A DNA stretch of 64,000 nucleotides, taken from assembly GCA_017649565.1 (NCBI GenBank), contig JAGCGO010000067.1:15091-79090 (forward strand), in the 5' to 3' direction. A model generated the notes under the pieces. That model did no database searches, had not been told where the DNA came from, and saw nothing but the letters and a program-made list of their open reading frames with translations. Positions 1 to 8,209 of the stretch are shown here, one piece after another. The stretch's first letter is position 1. Every line of letters starts with the position of its first letter. The translations under genes were made by a program, and so were the position numbers. This stretch comes from Fibrobacter sp. GTDB taxonomy: Bacteria; Fibrobacterota; Fibrobacteria; Fibrobacterales; Fibrobacteraceae.

Positions 1-36
1 GACTGTGGCATAGTCGCCTCTCCGGGCGAGTGGATA

Positions 37-75
37 AAAAAATTCACCGTACTCCAGTTGGAGAACGGTGAATTA
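37..75 (-). terminator. Intrinsic terminator downstream of the 1269->101 gene pair
   Basis: Hairpin AATTCACCGT..ACGGTGAATT preceded by an A-run on + (U-tract on -), just past the stop at 101. Confidence 0.7.
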
Positions 76-100
76 AACTTGAAGAATGTTGATTAGCGAC

Positions 101-535
101 TTAGTCTTGAGGGGTGTCGTTCAGACGCTGCTCAGAAGCCTTCATCATCTTCTTGCTCTTGTTGTCGCCCCATATAGCCGACACAAGATCGATGCTTGAG
201 AACTCAGCCCACCAATCTTCAACCCAGCACCAGTGATGGGTATTGCCTTTTTCGTCGGTAATCGTCCAGTTCTTGTGGGCAGAGAAGGTGTAGGTTTTCG
301 GACCATCCTGCACTTCGGAACTTTCCGATGTCTCTTCGTCAAAGCTGATTGTCCAGGTCTTTCCTTCTGTCCTCTTGTAAATGGCGATGTTGAACGCCAC
401 TAGGATGACGAGGAGGATGATGCTCCACCGATAATTTTTCTTGGTCAGCAACCAGATGATGGTTATTGTCAAAAGGATGCTGAGGGCAGCGAAATTATAG
501 TGGGTCGGATAAAAAACGCTGAGGACTTCAAACAT
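101..535 (-). CDS. Hypothetical membrane protein (two N-terminal TM helices)
   Basis: 144-aa ORF with hydrophobic N-terminus; AAGG RBS-like sequence upstream; co-oriented with 550..1269. Confidence 0.7.
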   Translation of the reverse strand: MFEVLSVFYPTHYNFAALSILLTITIIWLLTKKNYRWSIILLVILVAFNIAIYKRTEGKTWTISFDEETSESSEVQDGPKTYTFSAHKNWTITDEKGNTHHWCWVEDWWAEFSSIDLVSAIWGDNKSKKMMKASEQRLNDTPQD

Positions 536-549
536 TTTTTTACCTTGCC

Positions 550-1269
550 TTATTTTGCCTTGGCAGCCGCCTTCTGTTCGGCAACGAGCGAAGCGATGCT
601 GAACGTAATCACCTTGCCGTTAATGTTGCAAGTGGTGCGGAAGCTCTTCTTGGGGAGAGCGATGCCGTGAGAAGACAGCGTGCCCATGAAGGAAGCGTTG
701 GCGTGGCTTGCAATGGTACGGACGTTGATGAAGCCCTTGTCCTTGCTGAAGGTCAGCTTGAAGGTCTTCTTCGCGGTGTCGTATTCAGCAACCATGGTCT
801 TGTTGACGGCAGTGTTCACGCCGGTCTTGTCGCCACTGGTGCGCTTGTCGAAAATGATGGTTCCGCGGGAGTCGATGGAGAGCATCGGGAGACCGACGGA
901 GTTGCGGCAAGCGAGAACCTGCCACGGGCCCTTCTTCTTGGAAGGCTTCTTACCTGTGAAAATGAACTTGCCGTTTTCCTGAGTCAGGTAGTAAGCGCCT
1001 GTCGCGATTTCTTCACCGATGGCATTCAGGGCGCCCTTGAAGTAGAGCAGGTAACCCTTGTTGTTCGGAGTGAAGCGGAAGGAAGTGGTTTTGAGCTTGG
1101 CCGTCGGGAAGATCGAAATGCGCTTGCCGATGGGATCGACTTCGATGTCGGCGTAGGCTTCTTTGTTGGGAGCCTTCTCCGCAATCTTGTCAAGCTTGAT
1201 GGCCTTGGCTACATCTTCCGAGAAACGGATGAAACCACGGATGTCCATTTTTACAACAATGTTTTCCAT
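550..1269 (-). CDS. Lys-rich hypothetical protein with two related halves (possible AbrB/MraZ-like DNA-binding fold)
   Basis: Start MENIVVK at 1269 with GAGGTG RBS; repeated motifs KMDIRGFIRF / SIDSRGTIIF. Confidence 0.6.
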   Translation of the reverse strand: MENIVVKMDIRGFIRFSEDVAKAIKLDKIAEKAPNKEAYADIEVDPIGKRISIFPTAKLKTTSFRFTPNNKGYLLYFKGALNAIGEEIATGAYYLTQENGKFIFTGKKPSKKKGPWQVLACRNSVGLPMLSIDSRGTIIFDKRTSGDKTGVNTAVNKTMVAEYDTAKKTFKLTFSKDKGFINVRTIASHANASFMGTLSSHGIALPKKSFRTTCNINGKVITFSIASLVAEQKAAAKAK

Positions 1270-1461
1270 TATACACCTCTTTGTTTGTTTGTTGTTTTGG
1301 CAATAAATTAATAATTTTCTTCGCTTGTTGCAACCATAGTAAGAAAAAAGCAATAAAACGACTTTTTTATGATTTTCGTCACATCTGTGTAAAAATGTCG
1401 TTACGTTTTACGAGGTGTATAAATGACAGAAACCCTTATAAAATAAGGATTTGCGGACGAA

Positions 1462-2247
1462 TTAGTTCTTTTGTATGTTTCCCAAAACAGCGTCTTTTAG
1501 TGTCCCGCCGCGCCGTTCAACGACTCTAGAATTTGGAATCTGTAAGAAAACCGTGTGAGCGGCGTCACGCTCGTTTTTGCGGTCAAAGAGAATTGAGACT
1601 TGTTTTGACATCTCGGACAATTCGTTTACAGGCATGCGGACTGTCGAACGAACGAGAAATTTCGGATAGAGGAAACGGTATTTGCGAGACAGTGCGTCGG
1701 CAATGCTTTCTACCGGATCAATGAGAATCAGCGTCTGTCCGCTTCCCAGCTGTTCTGCGGCGAGGATGGCTCCGGTGCCGCGCCCAGCAAGGAATTGCGC
1801 GCGTCCGCCTGCCAATTGCGTGGCGCATTCGGCGATGGCTTTTGCGTCGGGCTCGAAGGTTTCTTGCGTTGGAGTTCCCTTGTTGTCTGCGCATCCGCGG
1901 TAGTTGAAAGTGATGAGCCGGAGTTCTTCTGTCGTTCCCATTTCGGCGAGGAACTGCGCGGCGTCTTCGTCGGCGCCTGGATAGTAAAGGAGTGCGGGCG
2001 CATCGCTGTTCCCGACAATCCAGCCGTTGAGCGTTGTGCCGTCTTCGAGCGAACATTCCGCTGGCTTTGCCGTTTCCTGTATGGCGGCTCTCGCTTCGTT
2101 GTGGCTTATGGCGCGCGGGTAAGCGTTTCTGCGCTCGGTGAGAGCGAGATAGAAAACCATGCTTACGTATATGACTGCGATGATTCCTATGAAGCGAAGC
2201 GTGCGCGAGATGGTGCTGGAGAGAGCCTGTTTAAAATTCATGCGCAA
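1462..2247 (-). CDS. Alpha/beta-hydrolase-fold membrane-anchored protein (catalytic Ser apparently absent)
   Basis: N-terminal TM, DGTTLNGW, LLYYPG, FNYRGC motifs; nucleophile elbow reads GRGTG rather than GxSxG. Confidence 0.7.
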   Translation of the reverse strand: MRMNFKQALSSTISRTLRFIGIIAVIYVSMVFYLALTERRNAYPRAISHNEARAAIQETAKPAECSLEDGTTLNGWIVGNSDAPALLYYPGADEDAAQFLAEMGTTEELRLITFNYRGCADNKGTPTQETFEPDAKAIAECATQLAGGRAQFLAGRGTGAILAAEQLGSGQTLILIDPVESIADALSRKYRFLYPKFLVRSTVRMPVNELSEMSKQVSILFDRKNERDAAHTVFLQIPNSRVVERRGGTLKDAVLGNIQKN

Positions 2248-2536
2248 AATATAGATACTATGAGAAAACCTGATGGGCGAAAATGGTGGGGATAATGATG
2301 AAATAAATAAAAAAGGAATAAAAACAAAAGGACTTCCGCTTGGAGTTAAGCGGAAGTCCGAGGGATGGGATTGGGTGTTCTCTAAATATAGCTAAAAAAT
2401 TTCCAAACGAACACGTTTTTTATAAAAAAGTGTTCCCAAAGTGTTCTCCGACACGCTACCTATGCGGTTTTGGGCTGTTTTTGTGAAATTTTTTTTAAAA
2501 AAGGTGTTCCCAGAAACAAGAAAAAAAATTAGATTT

Positions 2537-3367
2537 ATGATGATGAACGTCTATGCCTACTATAACTATAGGAAGTACCTACAGGACTACTACGAGTACC
2601 AGAAGTCCGTTCAGCGTTACTTCTCTTATCGGTCCTTCGCCAAGAAGGTCGGTTATAGTTCGTCCGGTTTTTACCTTGATTTGATTAAGGGCCGCAAGTC
2701 GCTTACGCCCTCCATGGTGACCAAGTTCATCGCCGCGCTTGGCTTGAACGAGCGCGAGGGACGTTACTTCCGGTTGATGGTGGATTTCACTCATGCCGAA
2801 AGTTCTGCATCCAAGCAACAAATTTTCGACCAGATGTCCGCCCTGTTGCCCAGGGCCACGAAGACGCTGACTCGCAACCAGCAGGAATACTACAGCAAGT
2901 GGTACTATGTCGCCGTTCGCGAATCGCTGGCTGTTCTCAACATTAGTGAAAAGAATATTGCCGAACTGGCTCTGTTCCTCAATCCTCGCATCTCGGTCCC
3001 CCAGGCAAAACAGGCTATCAAGCTGTTGCTGGACCTGGGTCTTATCGAACTTGTAGACGGTTTTTACCGTTCTGTGAACAAAACTATATCCAGTGGAAGG
3101 GAAATTGCTCCGCTGTTTGTTCACCAGTTCCAAAAACAAATGATAGATTTGGGCAAGGAAGCCATCGACCACTATAGTGTGGAAAGGCGTAACGTGTCCT
3201 GCACGACGATGAGCGTGTCGGCCAAGGGGCTGGAACGCATCATCAACAAGATTGACTTGTTCCGCAAGGAGATCCTGGACATCGTCCGCTCTGACGAAGG
3301 CGAATCCATGATTTGCGAACTGAACATCCAGTTTTTCCCGTTGAGCAAAGAAAAGGAGGCAAAATGA
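2537..3367 (+). CDS. TIGR02147-family protein (HTH + DUF4423-like)
   Basis: YRKYLQDYY..FSYRSFAKKVG..SS, YYSKWYY..VRE, ERRNVSCTTMSVS, LNIQFFPLS are typical of this Fibrobacter paralogous family. Confidence 0.85.
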   Translation: MMMNVYAYYNYRKYLQDYYEYQKSVQRYFSYRSFAKKVGYSSSGFYLDLIKGRKSLTPSMVTKFIAALGLNEREGRYFRLMVDFTHAESSASKQQIFDQMSALLPRATKTLTRNQQEYYSKWYYVAVRESLAVLNISEKNIAELALFLNPRISVPQAKQAIKLLLDLGLIELVDGFYRSVNKTISSGREIAPLFVHQFQKQMIDLGKEAIDHYSVERRNVSCTTMSVSAKGLERIINKIDLFRKEILDIVRSDEGESMICELNIQFFPLSKEKEAK

Positions 3368-4779
3368 GAAGTTCGCTCTTGACCCTGCCTGTTCTTGCTT
3401 CGTTCGCCGTCATGGCGACGGTTTGCGGTTGTTCGACATCTGACAATGATGGTGAAGTTCGTATCAGCGGTACCGCGACCGACACCGAGAATACAATCGT
3501 TGCTTCTTCTATTGTCGGTACTGTTTCTCGCACCGACGGCAAGGCTGCCGTCAACGTAATTGTCCGCATGGCCCGCATGACCCAGGAGTCGGACGGAATC
3601 GCCATGCCTGAATTTGTGGAACTCCAGACGGACAGTGCGGGATCGTTCTCTGTCGATTCTGTCTTGGCGGATTCCTTCCAGCTTGCGGTTATCGACACTG
3701 TTGCCAACGAGATTTATTTCCAGCCGAAGGCGACGGTCAAGGATTCGACGTTCGAGCCGATCCAGTTGACCAAGGCTTCCATTGTCAGTAGCAAGTTGCT
3801 GTACCAGGAAGCGTCCGAACCTGAGGTGGCTGTCGGCTCTCATTTCAGGGCCTTCGTGCCGGGTACGCCGTTCAGCCGCAGCGTGTTTGCGGGCGACTCG
3901 TTCTCTTTGCTTATTCCGCCGGGCAAGGTCAGGCTGGCTTTCTGTCCGGGTGACCCCCAGATTGTGGCGAAACTCTCTGAACGTGGCATTGCTGATTCCC
4001 TGATTTTCCGTGAATGGCAGATGCCTAAGGGTTCCGTGAAGGAAGGGGAGTCTGTTGAAGTGGGGCCGTTCCTCTGGAGCGTCTCGCCGAATGTCACCAT
4101 CGATACTCTGATAAAGGAACGCGAAAATCGCGGACGGATTTCCGGCAAGGTCAACTGCAAGAACGGAAAGCCCTGCCAGGGTGTCGAAGTTCAGCTCGTG
4201 ACCGACCTGTACGGATTCAATTTTACCGAAGGCGATTCCTTGGTGTTCAAGCCGGAAACGGTGACGGACAGCTCTGGTCGCTGGTACCTGCCCATTCCCG
4301 CCGAATGGCCCTGTGATAGCTTCCGCGTGGAGTTCCGCCGCCTGGATAGCAACCTGGTGGTCGAGGCGGGCGTTTCCAAGTACGTGAGCGTGAAGGACGT
4401 CAAGAACAATAAGGACACCCTCAACGTGGGGACCGTGACCTTGCATCGTCCGTCTAAACTGATCAGCAGTGTCCGTGTGGTCCTGGATTCCTTGGTAGAA
4501 GGCGCTTCGGACAACTGTATGGTCAATAGCGTGGTTCTCGGTATCAAGGGTACGACCCATTTTGTCAGGGACATCACCTGCAACCTGATTACGATGTCTG
4601 ACCTGCCGGATGGAGATCAGGACCTGATTCTCTATACAGGGGACCCGAAGGTCGTCTCGACGCTGCGGAATATGGAAACTCCGATGTCCGAATTTGTGTC
4701 TCAGGTCGATGTAAACCTGCCCGAAGGGTGGCATTTGAACCAGCAGGGCATGACTTATGCCCCTCCGGCGATAAAATAA
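3364..4779 (+). CDS. Lipoprotein with carboxypeptidase-regulatory-like beta-sandwich domains
   Basis: Signal peptide ending VCGC; TDSAGSFS / TDSSGRWY motifs; ATGA overlap with the TIGR02147 gene. Confidence 0.7.
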   Translation: MRSSLLTLPVLASFAVMATVCGCSTSDNDGEVRISGTATDTENTIVASSIVGTVSRTDGKAAVNVIVRMARMTQESDGIAMPEFVELQTDSAGSFSVDSVLADSFQLAVIDTVANEIYFQPKATVKDSTFEPIQLTKASIVSSKLLYQEASEPEVAVGSHFRAFVPGTPFSRSVFAGDSFSLLIPPGKVRLAFCPGDPQIVAKLSERGIADSLIFREWQMPKGSVKEGESVEVGPFLWSVSPNVTIDTLIKERENRGRISGKVNCKNGKPCQGVEVQLVTDLYGFNFTEGDSLVFKPETVTDSSGRWYLPIPAEWPCDSFRVEFRRLDSNLVVEAGVSKYVSVKDVKNNKDTLNVGTVTLHRPSKLISSVRVVLDSLVEGASDNCMVNSVVLGIKGTTHFVRDITCNLITMSDLPDGDQDLILYTGDPKVVSTLRNMETPMSEFVSQVDVNLPEGWHLNQQGMTYAPPAIK

Positions 4780-4792
4780 ATGCATTTACCCC

Positions 4793-4821
4793 TTGCACGA
4801 TTGGGAAAAATTTTCTAATGT
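4793..4821 (+). promoter_or_regulatory. Sigma70-type promoter of tRNA-Gln
   Basis: TTGCAC-N17-TAATGT about 11 nt upstream of the tRNA. Confidence 0.55.
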
Positions 4822-4832
4822 TGTGCCCACAC

Positions 4833-4903
4833 TGAGCTATGGTGTAACGGTAGCACAACAGATTCTGACTCTGTTTGTCTAGGTTCGAATCCTGGTAGCT
4901 CAA
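4833..4903 (+). tRNA. tRNA-Gln(CTG)
   Basis: Acceptor stem TGAGCTA/TAGCTCA, anticodon arm ACAGA-TTCTGAC-TCTGT, GGTTCGAATCC T-loop; CCA not encoded. Confidence 0.95.
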
Positions 4904-4905
4904 CG

Positions 4906-4939
4906 AAAATCCCTGCTTTTGGCAGGGTTTTTTGTTTTT
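4906..4939 (+). terminator. tRNA terminator
   Basis: CCCTGC-TTTTG-GCAGGG followed by T-runs. Confidence 0.8.
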
Positions 4940-5105
4940 AGCCCCGACCTCATTGCTTAAAGCGAAGCGATCTCAAAGGTCCGAGGTGAGGGGCTAGAGA
5001 ATAGAGACTAGGGGCTAGTGAAAAGAATCACGCACTTCGTGCGTCAATATAAGACGGCGAAGCCGTGATATTTCTCCCTAGATCCTAGATCCTAGATCCT
5101 AACCT
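4940..5105. repeat. Composite intergenic repeat: hairpins plus TAG-heptamer tandem arms
   Basis: GCCCC..GGGGC stem, CGCACTTCGTGCG and ACGGCGAAGCCGT hairpins, (CTAGATC)x3 at 5078-5098. Confidence 0.6.
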
Positions 5106-5126
5106 CTAAATCGCTATATTTGTGCT

Positions 5127-5885
5127 ATGGAATTCTTTGACTATTTCTCGGACTTGTACGGCGAACGCTGGCCCGGATTGCTCGAGGCCCTGAAGGGCGA
5201 AGGGCGCGCGATGGAGCTGCGGTTTGGCGATGGGCTTGAGCCGTACTACCTGGACGAGGCTTCTTACTTTGCGGCAAAGGTCCTGGATGCCCGTCCTGGA
5301 ATGGACGTGCTGGACATGTGCGCTGCCCCGGGTGGCAAATCGCTCGTGATCGCCTCGATGCTGCAAGGGCAGGGTTCCTTACAAAGTAACGACAGATCGC
5401 CGGACCGCCGTTTGCGCCTGACACATGTGCTGCAGAATAGCCTGCCGGCCGCCTGGCTCGAGATTATCAAGGTGACCGGCTATGACGGCATGAAGTTCGG
5501 GCTCCACAAGAAGGAGTCCTACGACAGGATCCTCCTGGATGCGCCGTGCTCGTCGGACAGGCACGTGTTGAACTCGCCTGCGCATTTGGAAGTGTGGTCG
5601 GCAAAGCGTGTGAAACGGCTTTCTGTGGAACAGGGGGCGCTGCTCGCCTCCGCCGTGGATGCCTTGCGTCCGGGTGGCGTACTTGTTTACGGGACCTGTG
5701 CGCTTTCTCCGTTGGAAAATGACAAGGTCGTTGAAAAAATCTTGAAGAAAAGGCCTGCCATGCACGTTGTGCCTATCGACGATGTTCCGCCGGGGGCGGA
5801 CAGGACGGAATTCGGGGTACATGTGCTCCCGGACACATCCGAAGGTCGTGGCCCTATATATTGTGCGAAATTGGCGAAGAATTAG
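5127..5885 (+). CDS. RsmB/NOP (RsmF-like) rRNA m5C methyltransferase
   Basis: VLDMCAAPGGKS, ILLDAPCS, LVYGTCALSPLEND motifs. Confidence 0.9.
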   Translation: MEFFDYFSDLYGERWPGLLEALKGEGRAMELRFGDGLEPYYLDEASYFAAKVLDARPGMDVLDMCAAPGGKSLVIASMLQGQGSLQSNDRSPDRRLRLTHVLQNSLPAAWLEIIKVTGYDGMKFGLHKKESYDRILLDAPCSSDRHVLNSPAHLEVWSAKRVKRLSVEQGALLASAVDALRPGGVLVYGTCALSPLENDKVVEKILKKRPAMHVVPIDDVPPGADRTEFGVHVLPDTSEGRGPIYCAKLAKN

Positions 5886-5918
5886 CTTTTTTTCTCGGTT
5901 TTATATATATTTCTTTAC

Positions 5919-7340
5919 ATGACGAAACGCATTCTTTTTATCCTCTTTGTCCTTGCTGTTGTGACCTGGAGCCGCGAGGTTCCTGTTCGCTATTGGGTTG
6001 TGGGTGAATCGGACGAACAGGAAGCTATTTACGTAAAAACGCAGCGTGACACGGTGTATCTCCGTGCTCCTACTGCTGAAGAACTGAAACGTCTCAACGC
6101 TATTGCCGATGCCGAGAATAATGCCCTTCAGAATACGAACGGTCAGGCTGTGGAAGACGATGATGACGACGATGATGCCGATGCCAAGCCGGCGAAGGAT
6201 TCCAATAGCGTCATCATGACCGACGAGGTCAAGAACTCCATGATGAACCAGGACAACGGCCAACCGGCCGCCGAGGTTGACGATGGTGTTGGCGATGACT
6301 TGGAAACTGCCCTGCAGAAAGAAGAAGTTCGCCTGAAACATGAAGAAATTGCCAAGGTCGAAGAGGAAATCCGCCAGCGCGAAATTCGCGACAGTATCGA
6401 GGCGGCGAACAAGAATCCGTTCATCAAGTTTTTCCGCCTGGATTTGAAGAGGCTCTACAACCTCGAAGACCAGGTGATGATCGACCTTACCCTTTCGAAC
6501 TACGTGGTTCCCGAACCGGTTGTGGAAGAAGAACAGGAAATGGAACTTTATCCGCCGGGAAAGGCCAACCTCCTGGTCACGTCGGTTCCGGACGCCTGTT
6601 CGCTGTTTGTGAACGGCATCCCCCTGCGTCAGGTGACTCCCGATACGATCAAGAACATCCGTCCGGGCAAGTACACCATTTCCGTGATGAGGGTGCTGAA
6701 GGATGCGGAATGGTGGGGGTCCACTATCGTGAAAATTAATGCGGACAGCCTGAATACTGTCTCGATTCCCGTGCGGCGCCCGTCCACGCGTATCACGCTC
6801 AATACGGACCCCGAGGCAGTGGAAGTGTTCATCAACAAGGTGCCCACCGAAAACATCATGCCGCAGTACATGACGGACGTGGTCATCGAGAATGTCAATC
6901 CGCAGGCAAGCCTCGACATATACCTCCGCAAGGTCGGTTACCGCGACACGATGATCACGACGGAGATCAAGGCGTTCATGCCGAACTTCATCAATGTCGA
7001 GATGCAGCCGGTTCTGGACGATCTTCCGTTCATCGAAGAACAGAAGGCTTTCAATGCCGAACGTAGCCAGCGTCGTCTGGGACGTTACATGCTCCTGGGT
7101 TCCATTGCACCGTTCCTTGCTGGTGGTGTACTGTGGTACCTAGCCGAACGAGACTGGAGCGATGCTGCAGCAAAGAAGAAGGCGTACAACCTGTCGGCCT
7201 TCGAAAGCGAAGATACGAAGAAAATGGTCAAGGATAATCACGATTTGAATCATAAAGGTGATATAAAGGGCATAGTTGCCGCAGGCCTTGGTGCTGTCGG
7301 CCTAGGTCTGTTCACTGTCGGGTTTATCTGGTCGTTCTAG
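5919..7340 (+). CDS. PEGA-domain membrane protein
   Basis: Signal peptide, LVTSVPDACSLFVNG..TP and LNTDPEAVEVFIN PEGA-like repeats, C-terminal TM helices. Confidence 0.7.
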   Translation: MTKRILFILFVLAVVTWSREVPVRYWVVGESDEQEAIYVKTQRDTVYLRAPTAEELKRLNAIADAENNALQNTNGQAVEDDDDDDDADAKPAKDSNSVIMTDEVKNSMMNQDNGQPAAEVDDGVGDDLETALQKEEVRLKHEEIAKVEEEIRQREIRDSIEAANKNPFIKFFRLDLKRLYNLEDQVMIDLTLSNYVVPEPVVEEEQEMELYPPGKANLLVTSVPDACSLFVNGIPLRQVTPDTIKNIRPGKYTISVMRVLKDAEWWGSTIVKINADSLNTVSIPVRRPSTRITLNTDPEAVEVFINKVPTENIMPQYMTDVVIENVNPQASLDIYLRKVGYRDTMITTEIKAFMPNFINVEMQPVLDDLPFIEEQKAFNAERSQRRLGRYMLLGSIAPFLAGGVLWYLAERDWSDAAAKKKAYNLSAFESEDTKKMVKDNHDLNHKGDIKGIVAAGLGAVGLGLFTVGFIWSF

Positions 7341-7405
7341 CATCGATCTTTCGTTAGATTTGAATGTTTTGTATGTCGAAGGCTAGGCCTTCCAGGTGTT
7401 GTCTT

Positions 7406-8197
7406 ATGGCTTTGAAGCATCTTTTGTTGGTCCCGTTCTTTTGTGTTTCCGTGTTGGCTCAGACCGTGACGGATTCGACTTCTGCACCTTCGGAGCCTCC
7501 TGCTGCCGATTCGTCGCACAAGGGAGGCCTTTTGGGATCGTTGTTGCCGGTGGGTAAGGACGAGGCTATTGCAAAGGGGCATATCCAAAGTGGTGCGACG
7601 CTTTCGCTTATCCAGGCCCAGACGGATGACGATGCTCTTGATGTGGTTATCGGGGAAATTTACGAGGCGGAAGGCTACTCTTTCACGGTGGAAGCCTTTG
7701 GCGGGTATTTCATAAGAGACGCCCTTGCCCTGGGACTGCGGGCTGGCTATTCGCGGACCTGGTACGACATCGATTTCTCGCTCATGGAAGATTTGGTCGA
7801 CCTCTCGCAGCACAGAAAGTATGTGAGCAATGGCTTCTTTGTCCAGCCGTTCCTGAAGAATTACCTCAAGGTCTTTGATTCCAAGATACTCTACTTCTTT
7901 AACGAGACTTCCCTGATGGTGGAATATTCCTATGGGTTGTCGCAGGCGGATGATGGCGAGGATGTGTCCAGGACAAGGAACCGCATGTGGACATTTGAAT
8001 TCGGCTTGAATCCCGGACTTTGCATTATGGTGCTGGACAGGCTGGCCTTTGAAACATCGGTGGGCTTGCTGGGCCTGAGTTCTTCTATTGTGGAGGTCGA
8101 GGAAAACGAGAAGACCCATAGCGAACTCGTTTACAACATCGTGAATTTCACCATTAACTTGCTTGCCTTGGACTTTTCCTTGGTGTACTTCTTCTAG
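7406..8197 (+). CDS. Outer-membrane beta-barrel protein
   Basis: Signal peptide, alternating beta-strand pattern, C-terminal aromatic YFF. Confidence 0.7.
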   Translation: MALKHLLLVPFFCVSVLAQTVTDSTSAPSEPPAADSSHKGGLLGSLLPVGKDEAIAKGHIQSGATLSLIQAQTDDDALDVVIGEIYEAEGYSFTVEAFGGYFIRDALALGLRAGYSRTWYDIDFSLMEDLVDLSQHRKYVSNGFFVQPFLKNYLKVFDSKILYFFNETSLMVEYSYGLSQADDGEDVSRTRNRMWTFEFGLNPGLCIMVLDRLAFETSVGLLGLSSSIVEVEENEKTHSELVYNIVNFTINLLALDFSLVYFF

Positions 8198-8209
8198 GGA
8201 GGTGGGGGC

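Noticed and set aside
3172-4785. Long antisense ORFs (also 19348-20706, 21930-24663, 59118-61025)
   Set aside because: Opposite-strand shadows of well-supported genes in GC-rich coding DNA
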